From NCBI GenBank assembly GCA_964016885.1, contig OZ024742.1:159154001-159218000 (forward strand): a stretch of DNA of 64,000 bases, in the 5' to 3' direction. The position numbers were made by a program, and so were the translations under genes. Below are positions 26,921 to 41,232 of this stretch, piece by piece. The notes below the pieces were generated by a model. The model made no database searches and was not told the DNA's origin. It was given only the letters and a program-made list of their open reading frames with translations. How positions within the stretch are numbered: position 1 is the stretch's first letter; every line of letters starts with the position of its first letter. This DNA comes from Eledone cirrhosa. Taxonomy: Eukaryota.

Positions 26921-28068
26921 TTTCACCTGAACAGTTAACGAATGAAAATATCTTTTGAGCAGTTGCATGAATTTTTCTAATGTTGACTGTTGCTGTATAT
27001 GCATTGTTTTCGTTACTTTGGAATGTTACCGAGATTCCAGCCCTGTATCATAGTTAACAGGGAATATCTAATAACCAGGATAGGCCAGTTACTTCAAATT
27101 TTGAAATTAAATCCGATGTACTTTATGTAAATCACCAATAAACAAATAAACAAATGAACCTTGATCTTCGCTCTAGTTATAAGAGGAAATATTTAAATTG
27201 CCCTTCGAGTGTTTCTGAATAGGTTTATCTCAATCACAATCGTTGAGTTTATATAGTAGTAGGGCTATTGTCATTGTTTGATAGCTTTCCACCATTTATG
27301 AGTATGTATGGACTCATACCTCTTGGTAGAGTTGTAAGGGCGCCGTTGTGAGTTAGGTGGACAGAAACTTTGGAACTTCGTCGTTTGGACTGTACTTATA
27401 ATTCAGAGTCACTCTCATCACAAACTGTGTCATGTTGAATCTCCCCGACAATTACGTTAAGATTACATGGGATGTATCTATGGAATGCTTAGTCACTTAC
27501 ACGTTAAATTCCGGAGCAGGCCGGTCAGGTTGATCGAACACCAGGAACACTCACTGTGTTTTGAGTATTTAAAACCTGGCGGAGCCTATCTCCTTACAAA
27601 ATACACCCGATTTCTCCCAGAGAGAGAAAGAGAGAGGAAAAACCGACCCCAGTACTGGACTGATCCTTTTTTTATCACCTCCGAAAGGATAAAAAGCAAA
27701 GTTGACTTCAACGGGATAAGAGCCGGAACGAATACTGTAAAGCAGTCTATTCGACGTTCTAACGACTCATTCCCCGCCCTTGCCACTATTTAACATTAAA
27801 AAAAAAAGACAGATAGTGGTTCATTGCTAAAACCCCGTTTGGATAAGTTTGAAAGGCGGCAAATTGGCAGAGCTGTTAAAAATGTCAGATAAAGTTCTTT
27901 GTGGTATTCGTTCCGGCTCTCTGCGCTCCCACCGAGGTCAACTTTGCCTCTTAACCTTCTGAGATCGATAAATAAACTAACAGTCTAGTTAACGAATGAA
28001 AATATGTCCCCCCCCCCTCTCTTTCTCTCGGGACGAAATCGCCTATGTTCAGACACCTGGATAGGAAT

Positions 28069-28168
<100 letters not shown>

Positions 28169-28211
28169 TCTCTCCCTCTCACACACACACACACACTCAC
28201 ACACACACACA

Positions 28212-28282
<71 letters not shown>

Positions 28283-28287
28283 CCTCT

Positions 28288-29694
28288 CTTCCCTTGCTTT
28301 TATCGAGAATCTCAAATTGTAATACGTGACGTATTCTATTCTATAGCGATTGGGTCTTCGAAATGTTTATTATAAACATACAGAATATTTTCGAATATTC
28401 TATGTTTGTCTTCACATATATATCGCTATTTCAGAGCATTATATCCAAATTCTAATTTCTGCCGGACCGGCAACCGCTCTTTCAAACCAGTTCCTGTACA
28501 CAGCTAAGTATTCTATAAGTCTCTAGCTGTCTCATTCTCGATAAAAGCACTGGATATGTAATCCTGATGATTTCTAATAAGAATGAAACGCGTAGGTTAC
28601 TTCCCTTGCTTTTATCGAGAATCTCAAATTGTAATACGTGACGTATTCTATTCTATAGCGATTGGGTCTTCGAAATGTTTATTATAAACATACAGAATAT
28701 TTTCGAATATTCTATGTTTGTCTTCACATATATATCGCTATTTCAGAGCATTATATCCAAATTCTAATTTCTGCCGGACCGGCAACCGCTCTTTCAAACC
28801 AGTTCCTGTACACAGCTAAGTATTCTATAAGTCTCTAGCTGTGTCATTCTCGATAAAAGCACTGGATATGTAATCCTGATGATTTCTAATAAGAATGAAA
28901 CGCGTAGGTTACTTCCCTTGCTTTTATCGAGAATCTCAAATTGTAATACGTGACGTATTCTATTCTATAGCGATTGGGTCTTCGAAATGTTTATTATAAA
29001 CATACAGAATATTTTCGAATATTCTATGTCTATCTTCACATATATATCGCTATTTCAGAGCATTATATCCAAATTCTAATTTCTGCCGGACCGGCAACCG
29101 CTCTTTCAAACCAGTTCCTGTACACAGCTAAGTATTCTATAAGTCTCTAGTTGTGTCATTCTCGATAAAAGCACTGGATATGTAATCCTGATGATTTCTA
29201 ATAAGAATGAAACGCGTAGGTTACTTCCCTTGCTTTTATCGAGAATCTCAAATTGTAATACGTGACGTATTCTATTCTATAGCGATTGGGTCTTCGAAAT
29301 GTTTATTATAAACATACAGAATATTTTCGAATATTCTATGTTTGTCTTCACATATATATCGCTATTTCAGAGCATTATATCCAAATTCTAATTTCTGCCG
29401 GACCGGCAACCGCTCTTTCAAACCAGTTCCTGTACACAGCTAAGTATTCTATAAGTCTCTAGTTGTGTCATTCTCGATAAAAGCACTGGATATGTAATCC
29501 TGATGATTTCTAATAAGAATGAAACGCGTAGGTTACTTCCCTTGCTTTTATCGAGAATCTCAAATTGTAATACGTGACGTATTCTATTCTATAGCGATTG
29601 GGTCTTCGAAATGTTTATTATAAACATACAGAATATTTTCGAATATTCTATGTTTGTCTTCACATATATATCGCTATTTCAGAGCATTATATCC

Positions 29695-29699
<5 letters not shown>
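28288..29699 (+). repeat. Tandem array of ~4.5 x 312-bp units, each with a hammerhead ribozyme (retrozyme-like)
   Basis: Near-identical units with period 312, lying between (CT)n and (TA)n. Confidence 0.95.
28558..28600 (+). ncRNA. Type I hammerhead ribozyme, array copy 1 (also 28870-28912, 29182-29224, 29494-29536)
   Basis: GUAAUC-CUGAUGA-U UUCU AAUA AGAA U-GAAA-CGCG-UA/GGUUAC. Stem III is the palindrome ACGCGU. Stem I is extended by a perfect 16-bp helix (28534-28549 with 28607-28622). Confidence 0.92.
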
Positions 29700-29725
<26 letters not shown>

Positions 29726-30189
29726 CTTCTTCTTTGGAACAAATCGACTGTGTTGAGACCTGAAGAGAGGATGGGCTCTGTCAGGTTTAACGTGCACAAG
29801 GCACGTTATATGTCACTATGGCGCTAGTATGACTTCACCAGGAGTTACAGCTCCATAATTAATACATTTCCTTAGAAACTGTATCTGCTTTGTGTTTTGA
29901 TATTACAATAGAAAATAACAATTAAAAAGTAATTTCGAGTGCCGAGTTAGTAATCAGACTGAAAATCTATTCAGTTGGAAAGATGCTATAGAAATGTATT
30001 TCTGGGACCATGGTAGATCTAGATAAATCTTTTTTAACTGCCATGAGCTGACTATTACTGTCGCCACCTTATTATGTTATATGTAACCACGAACAAATAT
30101 TTATTTTCCTGTCAGTTACATTTGACACCAAATGAGGGTTCTGTTCGAAAAATATATTACAGTCTCCATTCACGGCTGTAAAATCTAGC

Positions 30190-30690
30190 GATGGGCCTGC
30201 GACCTGTGCTGGGATGTGTGAGTTGAACGCAGAAAGGTTGGTAGCCCGAGACCCCAAAGAGGGTCTGGAAGGGAGCAAATCTTAACTATTGGTAGTTGGA
30301 ATGTTGCAGCCCTTGCAGGCAAGAAGTAGGAGATAGTGAAGGAAGTCAGATGATACAGGCTAGAAATAGTAGGAGTTCCGTGGTTCAAGTACTGTAGATT
30401 TGAATGGAGGATGGAAACTCTACTATTCAGGTGTGGAGCCAGAAATGACAGCACAGGCGGGAGTGAGATTACTCACAAGCTTCCCCGGCTTACAGAATGT
30501 GTTATGGACTGGATCCCATTTGGAGGGAGGATTTACCTCTTGAAGCGTAGGCTAAGAGAAAGGTCTCTATTAGAGGAGGAAATTTATGCGCCAAACAGTG
30601 TCTGAATGAGTTAGATGTAGTTAAGACTGAGTCATATATCCTAATGGGAGACTTCAATGCACATCTTGCCACTGATCAACAGACATATAG
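30190..30690 (+). mobile_element. RTE-like LINE 5' and APE endonuclease fragment
   Basis: IGSWNV, IYAP and ILMGDFNAH remnants. Confidence 0.65.
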
Positions 30691-30831
30691 TGCGTGCTTG
30701 ACCAGCTAAGATGAATTAGCAGTAGCCCTCACATAACATGGTTTAGTATAGAGGTGTATATGAAAGCATATAGATTATGTTTTATGTTTAAGTATAATAA
30801 ATATACAAAGATCTGAGTAAGAATGTTTTAC

Positions 30832-31082
30832 GCCGTGATCATGTCACAGCTATCTCAGTAGCTGTTTGAGAATGCCAAACACTAGAGTGACGATTACTCA
30901 CTGAGACTAGAATAAGCAGTAGCTTATATACTTTATGCATATTAACTATCAGCTGGAAAAATTCATTTGCATATAGTGCGTGCTTCACTTGATTGGGATT
31001 AATTGATCGAAGCACTGCTACAGTATGATTCATGGGTAGTGTTCTCACACTACAGCAGAGATAGCTGTGACATGATCACGGC
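30832..31082. mobile_element. MITE with 25-bp terminal inverted repeats
   Basis: GCCGTGATCATGTCACAGCTATCTC ... GAGATAGCTGTGACATGATCACGGC. Confidence 0.8.
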
Positions 31083-33086
31083 TTAAGATAGTCGTAACGA
31101 GACATTTGGATTGGCAGTATCGGTAGAGGGTCGGACGCCATGCCTTGACGCATAGAGTTACGAGCCTTGCCATTCTGAGTTCAAATCCAGCCGAGGTTAA
31201 CTTTGCCTTTCATCCTTACGGGGTCGATAAAATGAAGTACCAGTAATGCACTGGGTAATTGCTGGCCTTGTGCCAATAGTAGAAACAATTATTATACATA
31301 AGAGTGGTGGATTTGCAGTATCGGTAGAGGGTCGGACACCATGCTTTGCAGCATAGTGTTACGGCCCTTTTAATCTGAATTCAAATCCCGCCGGGTCTTA
31401 CTTGCGCCAGTCAACAATTTGGTACTTTTCTCAGACCCGCGAAGACTAGGCTAATTTAGAGGGGTTACTCGACAGAGTGTGTAGCTCTGAGGTTAGAAAG
31501 TCGCCCCAGTAGAGCACTACTTCTCCAAATTGAGATATCACAACTCTGATACTTCGGACATGTGGTTAGAATGTCCAAGGAAAGAATTGATTGGCAGATT
31601 TTATGCGCAAAAAAAAAGAAGAATGATTTGCTATAGAGTGTAGCTAATTTAAACTTCCTTTCACTTTATTATAGTAAATACAATTAGGCTGGATTCGAGT
31701 ATATATTGAGGATAAGTTTTATGCTTAAGATGTTCAATTCAAATGCTTAAAATGCTCAATACTTAAGATACTTAATGGCTTAAGATGTTCAATTTTTCTA
31801 TTTCTTTTAACTGAACGGAAATATAACCACTTGAACCAAGTCGAAATATTACTATGATATAATTGATGAACTTCAGAAGATTTACCCTAGAGAGATTGGA
31901 ATATTGAAATACAAATCTAAGAATCATTTAAACTAAAGGTTCGCAACGGGGGGGGGGGGGGGGGGCGTTATGCTGCAGTAAGGGGGCGTTTCAAACTTTG
32001 AGGGCGCTAGAAGCCCCTTTAGTTTGGTAAGTTTTATAAGTCATATTTGTACGACTCTTAGACAGCCAGTGATTTGAATGAAGAAAACGAAGAAAATAAA
32101 TTAAAGAAGCTTGTCAACGAATTCCCTAGGGAGATAAAAAAAATCAAAAGAAATCAAAGGGAATGAAAGCAAGGACTACTTCAACAGAAATGACAAGAAG
32201 AAGCAATGGTGGTGAACATACACACACATACATACATATACACACACATATATACACATACATACACACACACACACATATATACACACATAGGCCGGCG
32301 TCAGTTATTGATGAGGTTGAGAACTCGGTCAACTTTCAGCCAGAAGTGTGGTATTTAAACTCCCTAGGTAATAAAATCTGGCGAAAAAAATGTTCTCCTT
32401 ACCAAAAAAAAGAAGACATAGATCATATCAACATCCTTACACACTTAAATATAAATGCATGTATATATACAAATGTATAAATGCATAGCTATATACATAA
32501 GTAAATGTATGTATATATATATGTAGATTTATATATATATATATATATAAATCTACATTTATATATATATATTTTTTTTTTGCAATCGACTTTCGTCAAA
32601 TCGGACCGAGGAAACAATGTTTCCATCGGTCTTTCCAGTTGCTAGTACTATCTATCGGTCGCAACTCCAGGTAGAAGGAGCAACGTGAAATAAAATGTCT
32701 TACTCAAGGACATAACGCATCGATCGGTCCAGGACTCGAACTCACAACCTCAAGATTGTGAATCCAATTCTCTAACCACTCAGCCACACGCCTTCACAAT
32801 ATATATATATGTATGTAGATATATATATATATCTACATACATACATATATATATATAGATTGATAATGTTTTCGAAAAAACTGATTAACCCGCGTGTATA
32901 TTATTTTTTTCCCTCCTTTCGTGAATCGTAGTTGTCTCCCCTTCCCGCTTAGTGACGCTATAATACTTCCGCAGTCAAAAACTGCTGGAATTTCAAATTT
33001 GCCGGTCATTCGATGCGGGAAGGAGCAACTTAACGGACACGATTTTTAACTGTGGTAAGAAATGTTTTTCTTATATCAAAGTTTAT

Positions 33087-33216
33087 TGGGCTTCCACTGA
33101 TGATTTATAAACGCCCACCTAAATATATTCTTACATGAATGTATATTAGGCTTCTACATAAACTGGAAATATTCTCCGAATTTGTAGAAAACTTATAATG
33201 AAACAATTGTTTGGAA
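33087..33216 (+). ncRNA. Type I hammerhead with branched stem II and putative pseudoknot
   Basis: UUCCA-CUGAUGA-U UUAUAA [two hairpins] UUAUAA U-GAAA-CAAUUG-UU/UGGAA. Flank UGGGC (33087-33091) is complementary to GCCCA (33113-33117). Confidence 0.85.
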
Positions 33217-33401
33217 AGAGAGATATATTTTAACTTTAATTATATCTCATAAAATAATACAACTGGCTTTTCCACATAATACATATTGTTAGCACCCCAA
33301 ACACTTAAATTGGGTTTATATTAAAATATAACCTAATGTTTGTTGAGTGAGATGGTTACCAGTGAGAGATTACCATTAAACTATCTCTGTTATTGTACTA
33401 A

Positions 33402-33447
<46 letters not shown>

Positions 33448-33453
33448 TATATA

Positions 33454-33541
<88 letters not shown>

Positions 33542-34158
33542 CATACATACATACATATATATATATACCCTGTCTGTTTCGTTCTTTGTATCTTTACCCT
33601 TTCTAGCAGTCTCTCTCTCTCTGTTAGCCTCTTCCTCACCTTTCACTCACTCATTCTCTGTCACTACCTCTCCTCCTCCCCTTTCTTCCCGTTTGACCTG
33701 TCCGTAATCCTTTTCTCGCGCGCACTTGGCCAAGCCGGTATGAATTTTTATTCTCTCTCTCTCGTCTGCGACTTCACAGAACTTATGTTTACCGAATTCG
33801 CAGACCAGACCCCTTCTTCCTCCCGTTAGACCTGTGCGAAATTCCTTCCTTGCTCACATTTCAACCAGGTTTGATGGTCTTTATTCTCTCGTTCACGATT
33901 CCACCGAATTTATATTCATAGAAATCTGGGACTTGTTTCTTTCTTCTTCATCACTTTCTGTTGCTTAAACCATTTTGTTTGTTTACCCTAGCGTCCCCTT
34001 TATTTACGTGTCCCAACGACTTTTTTTAGCTGTTGCTCGCACCAACCTGAGGTATATGGCCTTTAAAGCGACGAAATGCCTACGACGGTTGGAAGGCCAC
34101 TGATGAAGCACAAACTTTTTCATATGTAACCCATTTGCAACGCCGCAGTTCCATTATT

Positions 34159-34237
<79 letters not shown>

Positions 34238-34249
34238 CTACATACATAC

Positions 34250-34858
34250 ATGGTGGCTGCCAACTCATTTTCGAGTACGGTCACTACTTTATATCCATGT
34301 AGGAGAACTCCTACCGATGCACTGAACGAGTGTGAATTTTAGTCCAGCCAGCGACTTGAAAACTCTGGTACAAACACTACACTTGTGACAAATATTGACA
34401 CATAGTGCTGGGCCCATGGTACCATGTGACGACAAGTGCAGAGAGATCTCCAGATATAAAGCAATGCCTGTGCCGTGAAGCTTTTATAGTGAGCAAAGGC
34501 ACTGCACAAAGCCAGTCCCATTCTCTTAACCAAGATGATATTTACCAAAAAGAAGAACAAGTCAACATCATTGGATACCATCAGAGTTGCAGGTGTTATA
34601 TCAGAGTTTTCCTTCTCCTAGAATTCTGCCTTGACAAAGGCTAAGGGGGTCATCTCTCCCGGTGATTTGGGATGGCCATTGACTATTAAGAGCTCCTTTG
34701 CTCTTTGACAGGTTTTGTTTTTAGTCCTGCAGGATGTCCAAAGGCACCCTCCTCACCAAGAAACCTTGGTGGGGTTGCCAGTTTAGTCGCCAACGACCCG
34801 ACCATGAGACAGGTTGTACTGGGATACATGTTACCAGTAGCACCAACTGGTGACCTGA
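34250..34858. repeat. ~610-bp interspersed repeat, inverted copy at 46300-46910
   Basis: Near-identical pseudo-ORFs occur on opposite strands (34339/46578, 34405/46515, 34705/46240). Both copies are flanked by TA-rich microsatellite. Confidence 0.88.
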
Positions 34859-35075
34859 CATATATACATACATATATATTTAAATCTACATATATACATA
34901 CATTTACGTATGTATATAGCTATGCATTTATACATTTGTATATATATACATGCATTTATATTTAAGTGTGTAGGGTTATATATATATATATATATATAAA
35001 TGAGCGGAGCAAGCAATTATCAAACAATCTTTTAAATAAATTTAAAAAACGATTTAAATATTCACCTGTTCTATT

Positions 35076-35162
35076 GCTGTTACCGACGGTTTCACTAATC
35101 AAAAGATTGGAAATCCAGAGAATTTCCAATGGAAAGAATTAGATCTTCAGACAGCTATTTCC
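35076..35162 (-). ncRNA. Type I hammerhead with long stem II and putative pseudoknot
   Basis: GCUGU-CUGAAGA-U CUAAUU cuuucc AUUGGAAAUUC ucu GGAUUUCCAAU cuuuu GAUUAG U-GAAA-CC guc GG-UA/ACAGC. The 5' flank GGAAA can pair with UUUCC. It lies in a ~400-bp unit between microsatellite tracts. Confidence 0.88.
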
Positions 35163-35416
35163 ATACTATAACGGTGCAAAACCTCATAGTAAGCCAATAT
35201 TTCGCTTACTGTCTGACGCATGCGATTAAGCCGTTGAAGTGACGCACACGCAACATTAGGCCACAAGTAAAAGCGGGTTATGATAAACTTGCTGATCATG
35301 CTGCTAAAAATAGCAGCGCGATACAACGTTTTGTTCTCTACATAAGGAGAAAAATAATAAAAGGTTATGGATATTCCAACAGCATTAGGTAATATGTGTG
35401 TGTATAATATATATAT

Positions 35417-35518
<102 letters not shown>

Positions 35519-35770
35519 GTGTGACAAGAAGCTTGTTTCCCAACCACATATTTCCGGGTTCACTCCCACTGCCCGGGCCGACCAAAGCCCTGTGAGTGGA
35601 TTTGATAGAGCGAAACTAAAAGAAGCCCGTCGTATATATGTATATATGTCTGTGTGTGTCTTTGCGTTTGTGTTTGCCCTCCCACCAATGCTTGTTGGTT
35701 TGTTGACGTCCCCATAACTTACCAAGGTCATGCTCCAGCATGGGCGCAGTCCAGAGACAGAAAAGAAGTA

Positions 35771-35813
<43 letters not shown>

Positions 35814-35814
35814 A

Positions 35815-36220
35815 GAGGGGTCTCAAACTCAAGGACACAAAAAGGGCTATTACGTCCTGGAGGAGAGGCACAGTGGGCGAAACGTGGTGGTGGGTGAAAG
35901 TTTTCACCAGTTATAATCATTTCTACTATAGGAACAAGGCATGAAATTTGGGGTTTAGGGTTCAGTCGATTGCATCGATCCTAGTACACGACTGATACTT
36001 AATTCATCGACCCCAAAAGGATGTAAGACAAAGTTGAGATCGGTGGAATTTGAACTCAGAACGTAAAAACGGATGAAGTACCGTTAAGCATTTCGCCAGA
36101 TGTGCTAACGATTCCACCAGCTCGCCGCCTTATTTTCACCAGTTATAATGCAATATGAAATATTGGTTCTACCACGGGCCACAGATAAGTAGTTCGCGGG
36201 CCGCATGTGTGAGCCCCCTG
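35815..36220. mobile_element. hAT-type MITE with a nested SINE
   Basis: Ends AGGGGTCTCAAAC and GTGTGAGCCCCTG. The SINE at 35918-36132 is flanked by a 17-bp duplication TTTTCACCAGTTATAAT. Confidence 0.7.
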
Positions 36221-36301
36221 CTGGATATAAATAGATAGATAGATCTGTACCAAACACACACACATTTCTTACTCTCTCTGTCCCTCCCTCTTTCTCTCTT
36301 C

Positions 36302-36340
<39 letters not shown>

Positions 36341-36554
36341 TATGTACACGTACATACATATATGTATACAGACGTACAGTAGTAAGTATATATATATACT
36401 TACATGCACACATATATATATGTGTGCATGTATGTATATATATATATACATACTACTGTACGTCTGTATACATATATGTATGTACGTGTACATACATATA
36501 TTTAAGTAACAGCCGTACTAAGAGTGGGAAATGAAATTTCGTTTCATTTTTTCC

Positions 36555-36691
<137 letters not shown>

Positions 36692-37289
36692 TGTGGAGCG
36701 TTGTTATTTGGCGCTGTTGAAAAGAGCAGTGCCCTTTGACCTGGCAATAAAAAAACTGTAGACAAAATTCTTTCTGTACCCAAACCAAGGCACACACACA
36801 CACAAGTTTGTGTGTATGTATATGTGTGTGTGTGTGTGTGTGTGTGCGTGTGCGTCTATGTGTGTTTGTGTGTGTCTGTGTATCTATCTATATATATATA
36901 AGGGATACAAATACTACTTTCTCACTGTCTCCAAGCTTCTCAATTCATTCGTTTCTAAGTATTTTATTTTGCTACGAGGTATTTTATTTTGTAAGGTACT
37001 ATTTTCCCCCTGAGTTTGTGATTTCAGAGAAAGGTAAGAAATTCTTCATATTTTACATCTTTTGTATTTTGACTAGAATTGTTTATCCAATCAAAATATT
37101 ACAACCGCTCACAGTGAAATATAGAATAAAAAAAAAGCTTCTTCGACTGAAATCAAGTCTTTGAGAACATTCACGTCTATTTTTCAAAAATATATAATTT
37201 GAAATAGTTTGCTTTTGTTTTGAACTGAAACTTTCTTTGTATTTAATTCGTACGGGTATTTTTTAAAGATCTTTTTAAAGATTCTAACA

Positions 37290-38450
37290 TAACTTGATTT
37301 GGCCCAATACGTGCACTGCGGCATTCATATTTCTCAACTTATTATAGCTAAGTCCGTACAACAAGCTTCACTTATCAAAAATGAATTGCGGAAACTATAT
37401 AGTACATCAGGGAAATTTAAGCAAGCGTATTTATCACAACATGATGAAGAAAATGAAGTATCGTCACCACGCTCCTTAACACCTGTGTGCCCTACTCGAT
37501 GGCTAACACGACTTTCTGCAGTCAAAGCCCTTCTTGACAATTATTCAAATGTCCCTATTTGTTTACAAGAGGCAACAAATGAGTTTGGCACCAACATTGC
37601 ATCCAGAGCTAATGTTATTCTTACGTGTCTCTCTCCGGGCCAATGTGTTCTTGGATTGCACGTTGTAGTTCCATTATTCAATCCTTGAAGGATTGAAGAA
37701 ATATTTTCAAAGTACCACCTTCAATCTAGGTAGCATGTTGCATGGTGTCAAACTGGTGCAGGAGGAGCTAAAAAAACTACGCAGTGAAGAAACATTTCAG
37801 GAGCTGTTCAATACAGCAGAAAAAATGATTTATCAACTCGATATTTCTCCTTTGGAGCTACCCAGGCAACGAAAAGTTCCTAAAAGATACCAGGAAGGAA
37901 ATGCGTCAAAATATCAACACTGCACTGCTTTGGATCATTACAGAGTGCAGTATTTGCAGGTAGCGGATACTGCAATATCAAATTTGAAAGATTATTATTT
38001 TTCACAGGATTTAGCAGATTATGAAAAACTGAGCAATATTTTACTCAATGGAAATGTTTGTGCTGAAGTGATCATGCAGTATCCAGAGCTTGATGAATTT
38101 TCTTTAAGGAACGAAATACTTTTTTATAGAAATCATCATAATGGATCATCCCTCGAGGATCATCGTAAAATATTCGGTGAAATGCAACCAGAAGTCCGTC
38201 GCATGTTTCTAAATGTTGAGCGATTGCTCAGGCTACTTTTAATGTTTCCAACCAGTTCTTGTGAAGCTGAAAGATCTTTTAGCGCTCTGCAGAGACTCAC
38301 AACTTGGTTGCGATTGACCACGAGGTTGAATCATATTCTAATATGAGACGTTCCTAAAGATGTTTTGAAAAATATTAGTTGTGAAGAAGTTGCTAAATTA
38401 TTTATTGACAGCAATGATGCGAGATATGATACATTTGGAAAGTTCTAAAA
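37290..38450 (+). mobile_element. hAT transposase C-terminal fragment
   Basis: YVHCGIH, CPTRW and SSCEAERSFSALQRL. Confidence 0.88.
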
Positions 38451-39450
38451 GACAATAAATTTACTTTAAATGATTTTTATTCAAACGTCTATGTTTTATT
38501 TTTTGTTTATTTGATATAATAAATACTTTTTAAGCTTATTTTTTTTTATATCTGAACTTCATTTGAATATATAAAATTTAATTAGCGTAAAGAAATTTTT
38601 ACTTATGTGATAGGGTTCAGGAAAGACACCATAGGTAATACTAAAATGCTCCAACAAATGTTGGTTTGTCCCCCTCACATTTTTAAGGCAAGCGAGGCCC
38701 TTGGAAAAGAGCAACATTATTCATGAATTGAATTCACTAACCCGTTCATCACCGTGATCGGCTTCACCTCTATACTTTAGCTCATTCTTACTAATATTCG
38801 GTTTGCTTGACCCCATCTTCTCTTCATTGCATTTCCACATCATTTATTCTATAACTAGGTTGTTGCTATTCCTATATAAACTGACTGTTTATACTACGAT
38901 CAAGTCTTGTTATAGCCTTGGGCTTAAGGAAGTGCTTTTGTAGTCTTCAACATCCATTATAATTGCAGCACCCTTACAAGAATATCACAGTGATGCATTA
39001 AGGTAAGGGCAATAATTTGAGTATCTCTGACTAATAAGTAATGTCTTAACTTAGTATTATCGCGTCTTATCACTACGTGCTTAATTGATGAATTCCATTT
39101 CAAAATATCACATTACTAGTCATTCTTGCATTAAGTTCTATTGAACTCGTTGCCTCGTTGATCTTTTATTGAGTCTGCCACCTTAATTCCCTCAAGCTAA
39201 GTTATTACTATTCCTACTTGAAAGACTGGTTAATCTTCATATATAACTTGTCTCGACTTGGTTAATTAATGACAGTATTTGTGTTTTTCATTACAGTTTT
39301 GTTTATTACAAAGTGTTATTCCAGAACATTACTTGAAACTTTATCATACTGGAACAGGACTCATTATTGTAAGTTCCTTATACATAATTTTAGAGGCTTA
39401 TATAGGCAAATCTTTGCGTAACTTTACCAAACACATTCGCTAAACAGAAA

Positions 39451-41232
39451 ATGGCCTCAGCAATGAAGAAAAAATGCAGGCAGTACAGCGTTGATTACTT
39501 ACGGTTCGGATTCATCCCATCGCCGTCGAACCACCTGTCACCCATGTGTTTAATTTGCAAGGAGTCCTTTTCGAATGAGGCGATGAAGCCATCACGTTTG
39601 AGTAGACACCTGGAGGTGAGGCACCCCGATAAGAGATATAAAGATTTAGCACACATTCAGTCTCTTAGGGACCAATTCCAGAAAGCAACAGTAATTTCTT
39701 CTGCCTTTTCAAAAGTTGAAGCTTCAAATGTTGATGGACTTGTCGCATCTTACAATATTGCCAACATAATCGCAAAGTGTGGCAAGCCTCATTCCTTGGG
39801 TGAAACATTGGTAGCCCCTGTCATCTCAGAAGTTCTTTCAACAGTACTACGTCAGAACCCGTTAAAGACCTTGAAATGCATTCCGTTGAGTAACGACTCA
39901 ATAAGGAGACGCATCGACGAAATGGCGGAAAATGTTGAACAAAAATTATGCAACATCTTGAAATCGACACAATTTGCTTTGCAACTTGATGAAAGCACAC
40001 TTTCCGGGAATCAGTCCTTACTACTGGGATACGTGCGATTTTCCCACCAAAACGAAATACACGAGGAGCTTCTCTTCACTCTGAATCTAGCCACAGATAC
40101 TAAAGGTGCCACCATCTTTGAATCTGTCAAGGAATACCTCGAATAAAAAGCGATACCTCTTAACAATATTGTATCATGTGCTACGGACGGCGCAAGAGCA
40201 ATGGTCGGCCAACATAAGGGTTTCGTCTCTCTTCTGAAGAGGGAAAATCCATCTGTATTTGCTGTTCATTGTGTCATTCATCGACAACACTTGGCTGCGA
40301 AGAAACTCAGCGAGCCGTTGAGCAAGTCTTTGCAGGTAGCCATTGATGCCATCAATTATATCAAACGCCATGCCCTCAATGAACGAATTTTCCGGCAACT
40401 GCGCGAAGATAATGACGAAGAATTCGTCGAGTTGCTCCTTCATATTGAAGTGAGGTGGCTTTCAAAGGGCAAGTGCCTTACTCGCTTCTTTGAACTGTTC
40501 GACTCTATCATTGAGTTTCTTCGAGGACGCAACACAGAACTGTATAAATAAACCCTCGATGTGAGGCAAGACTGCGCGTACCTCGCCGACATCTTCAACA
40601 AATGCAATAGCCTCATTGTGGCTTTGTAGAAGGAGAAGATCACCTTGTTTAAAGCAAGGAATGCTGTGAAAATATTCCTGGCCAAATTGAAAGTCATCGA
40701 AAGGAATCTTTGTCGATGGGAATTCTATAATTTTCCTAGTGTCGCCAATGTTCAAAACATTGTGAGCGATGACCAACTCCAAATTTATACCGCGTACCTC
40801 CGTGCACTACAAGACAACATGAGAGAACGGTTTGTCGACCTTTTGCAGATGGACATCCCAATGTGGATAGCAGATCCTTTCAATGCTAACGTCGACGATT
40901 TCGACGTTAAATTTCAGGAAGAATTAATTGAACTTCAGACAGATGACGTTATCAAAATTAAATTTTCCAAAATAAGTGAACCCCTTTTTTGGATACAAGA
41001 GGAAATTCAGCGTCGATTTCCACTCCTACATGCAGAGGCTAAGAGATTTGCTTTGCCTTTTCCTAGCTCAAACTTAGTCGAGAGGGGGTTTGGCGTTGTT
41101 TCCAGACTGCATAGTAAGGCTCGCAACCGCTACAATGTGATTGCACGTGGAGATCTCCGGCTACAGCTCACGAAAATCCAGCCTGACGTCAAAGAGTTAG
41201 CTAAACTCCATGAAGCTTAAGGGTCCCATTGA
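39451..41232 (+). pseudogene. Buster/Charlie-type hAT transposase (ZBED8/SCAND3-like), full length, four in-frame stops
   Basis: BED finger (RQY...YL.FGF, C..C, MKPSRL..H....H), ALQLDEST, TDGA.AM.G, HCVIHRQHL, EVRWLS and FPSS.LVERGF. All three ORFs are in one frame. A TIR-like GGTTGAGAACC lies at ~41813-41823. Confidence 0.93.

Noticed and set aside
28288-29699. CRISPR array or tandem RNA gene (5S/snRNA)
   Set aside because: The units are identical over 312 bp with no variable spacers and no recognisable 5S, tRNA or snRNA sequence. The context is eukaryotic.
34040-34130. CTGATGA at 34100 near CGAAA
   Set aside because: I could not build a consistent three-stem junction.
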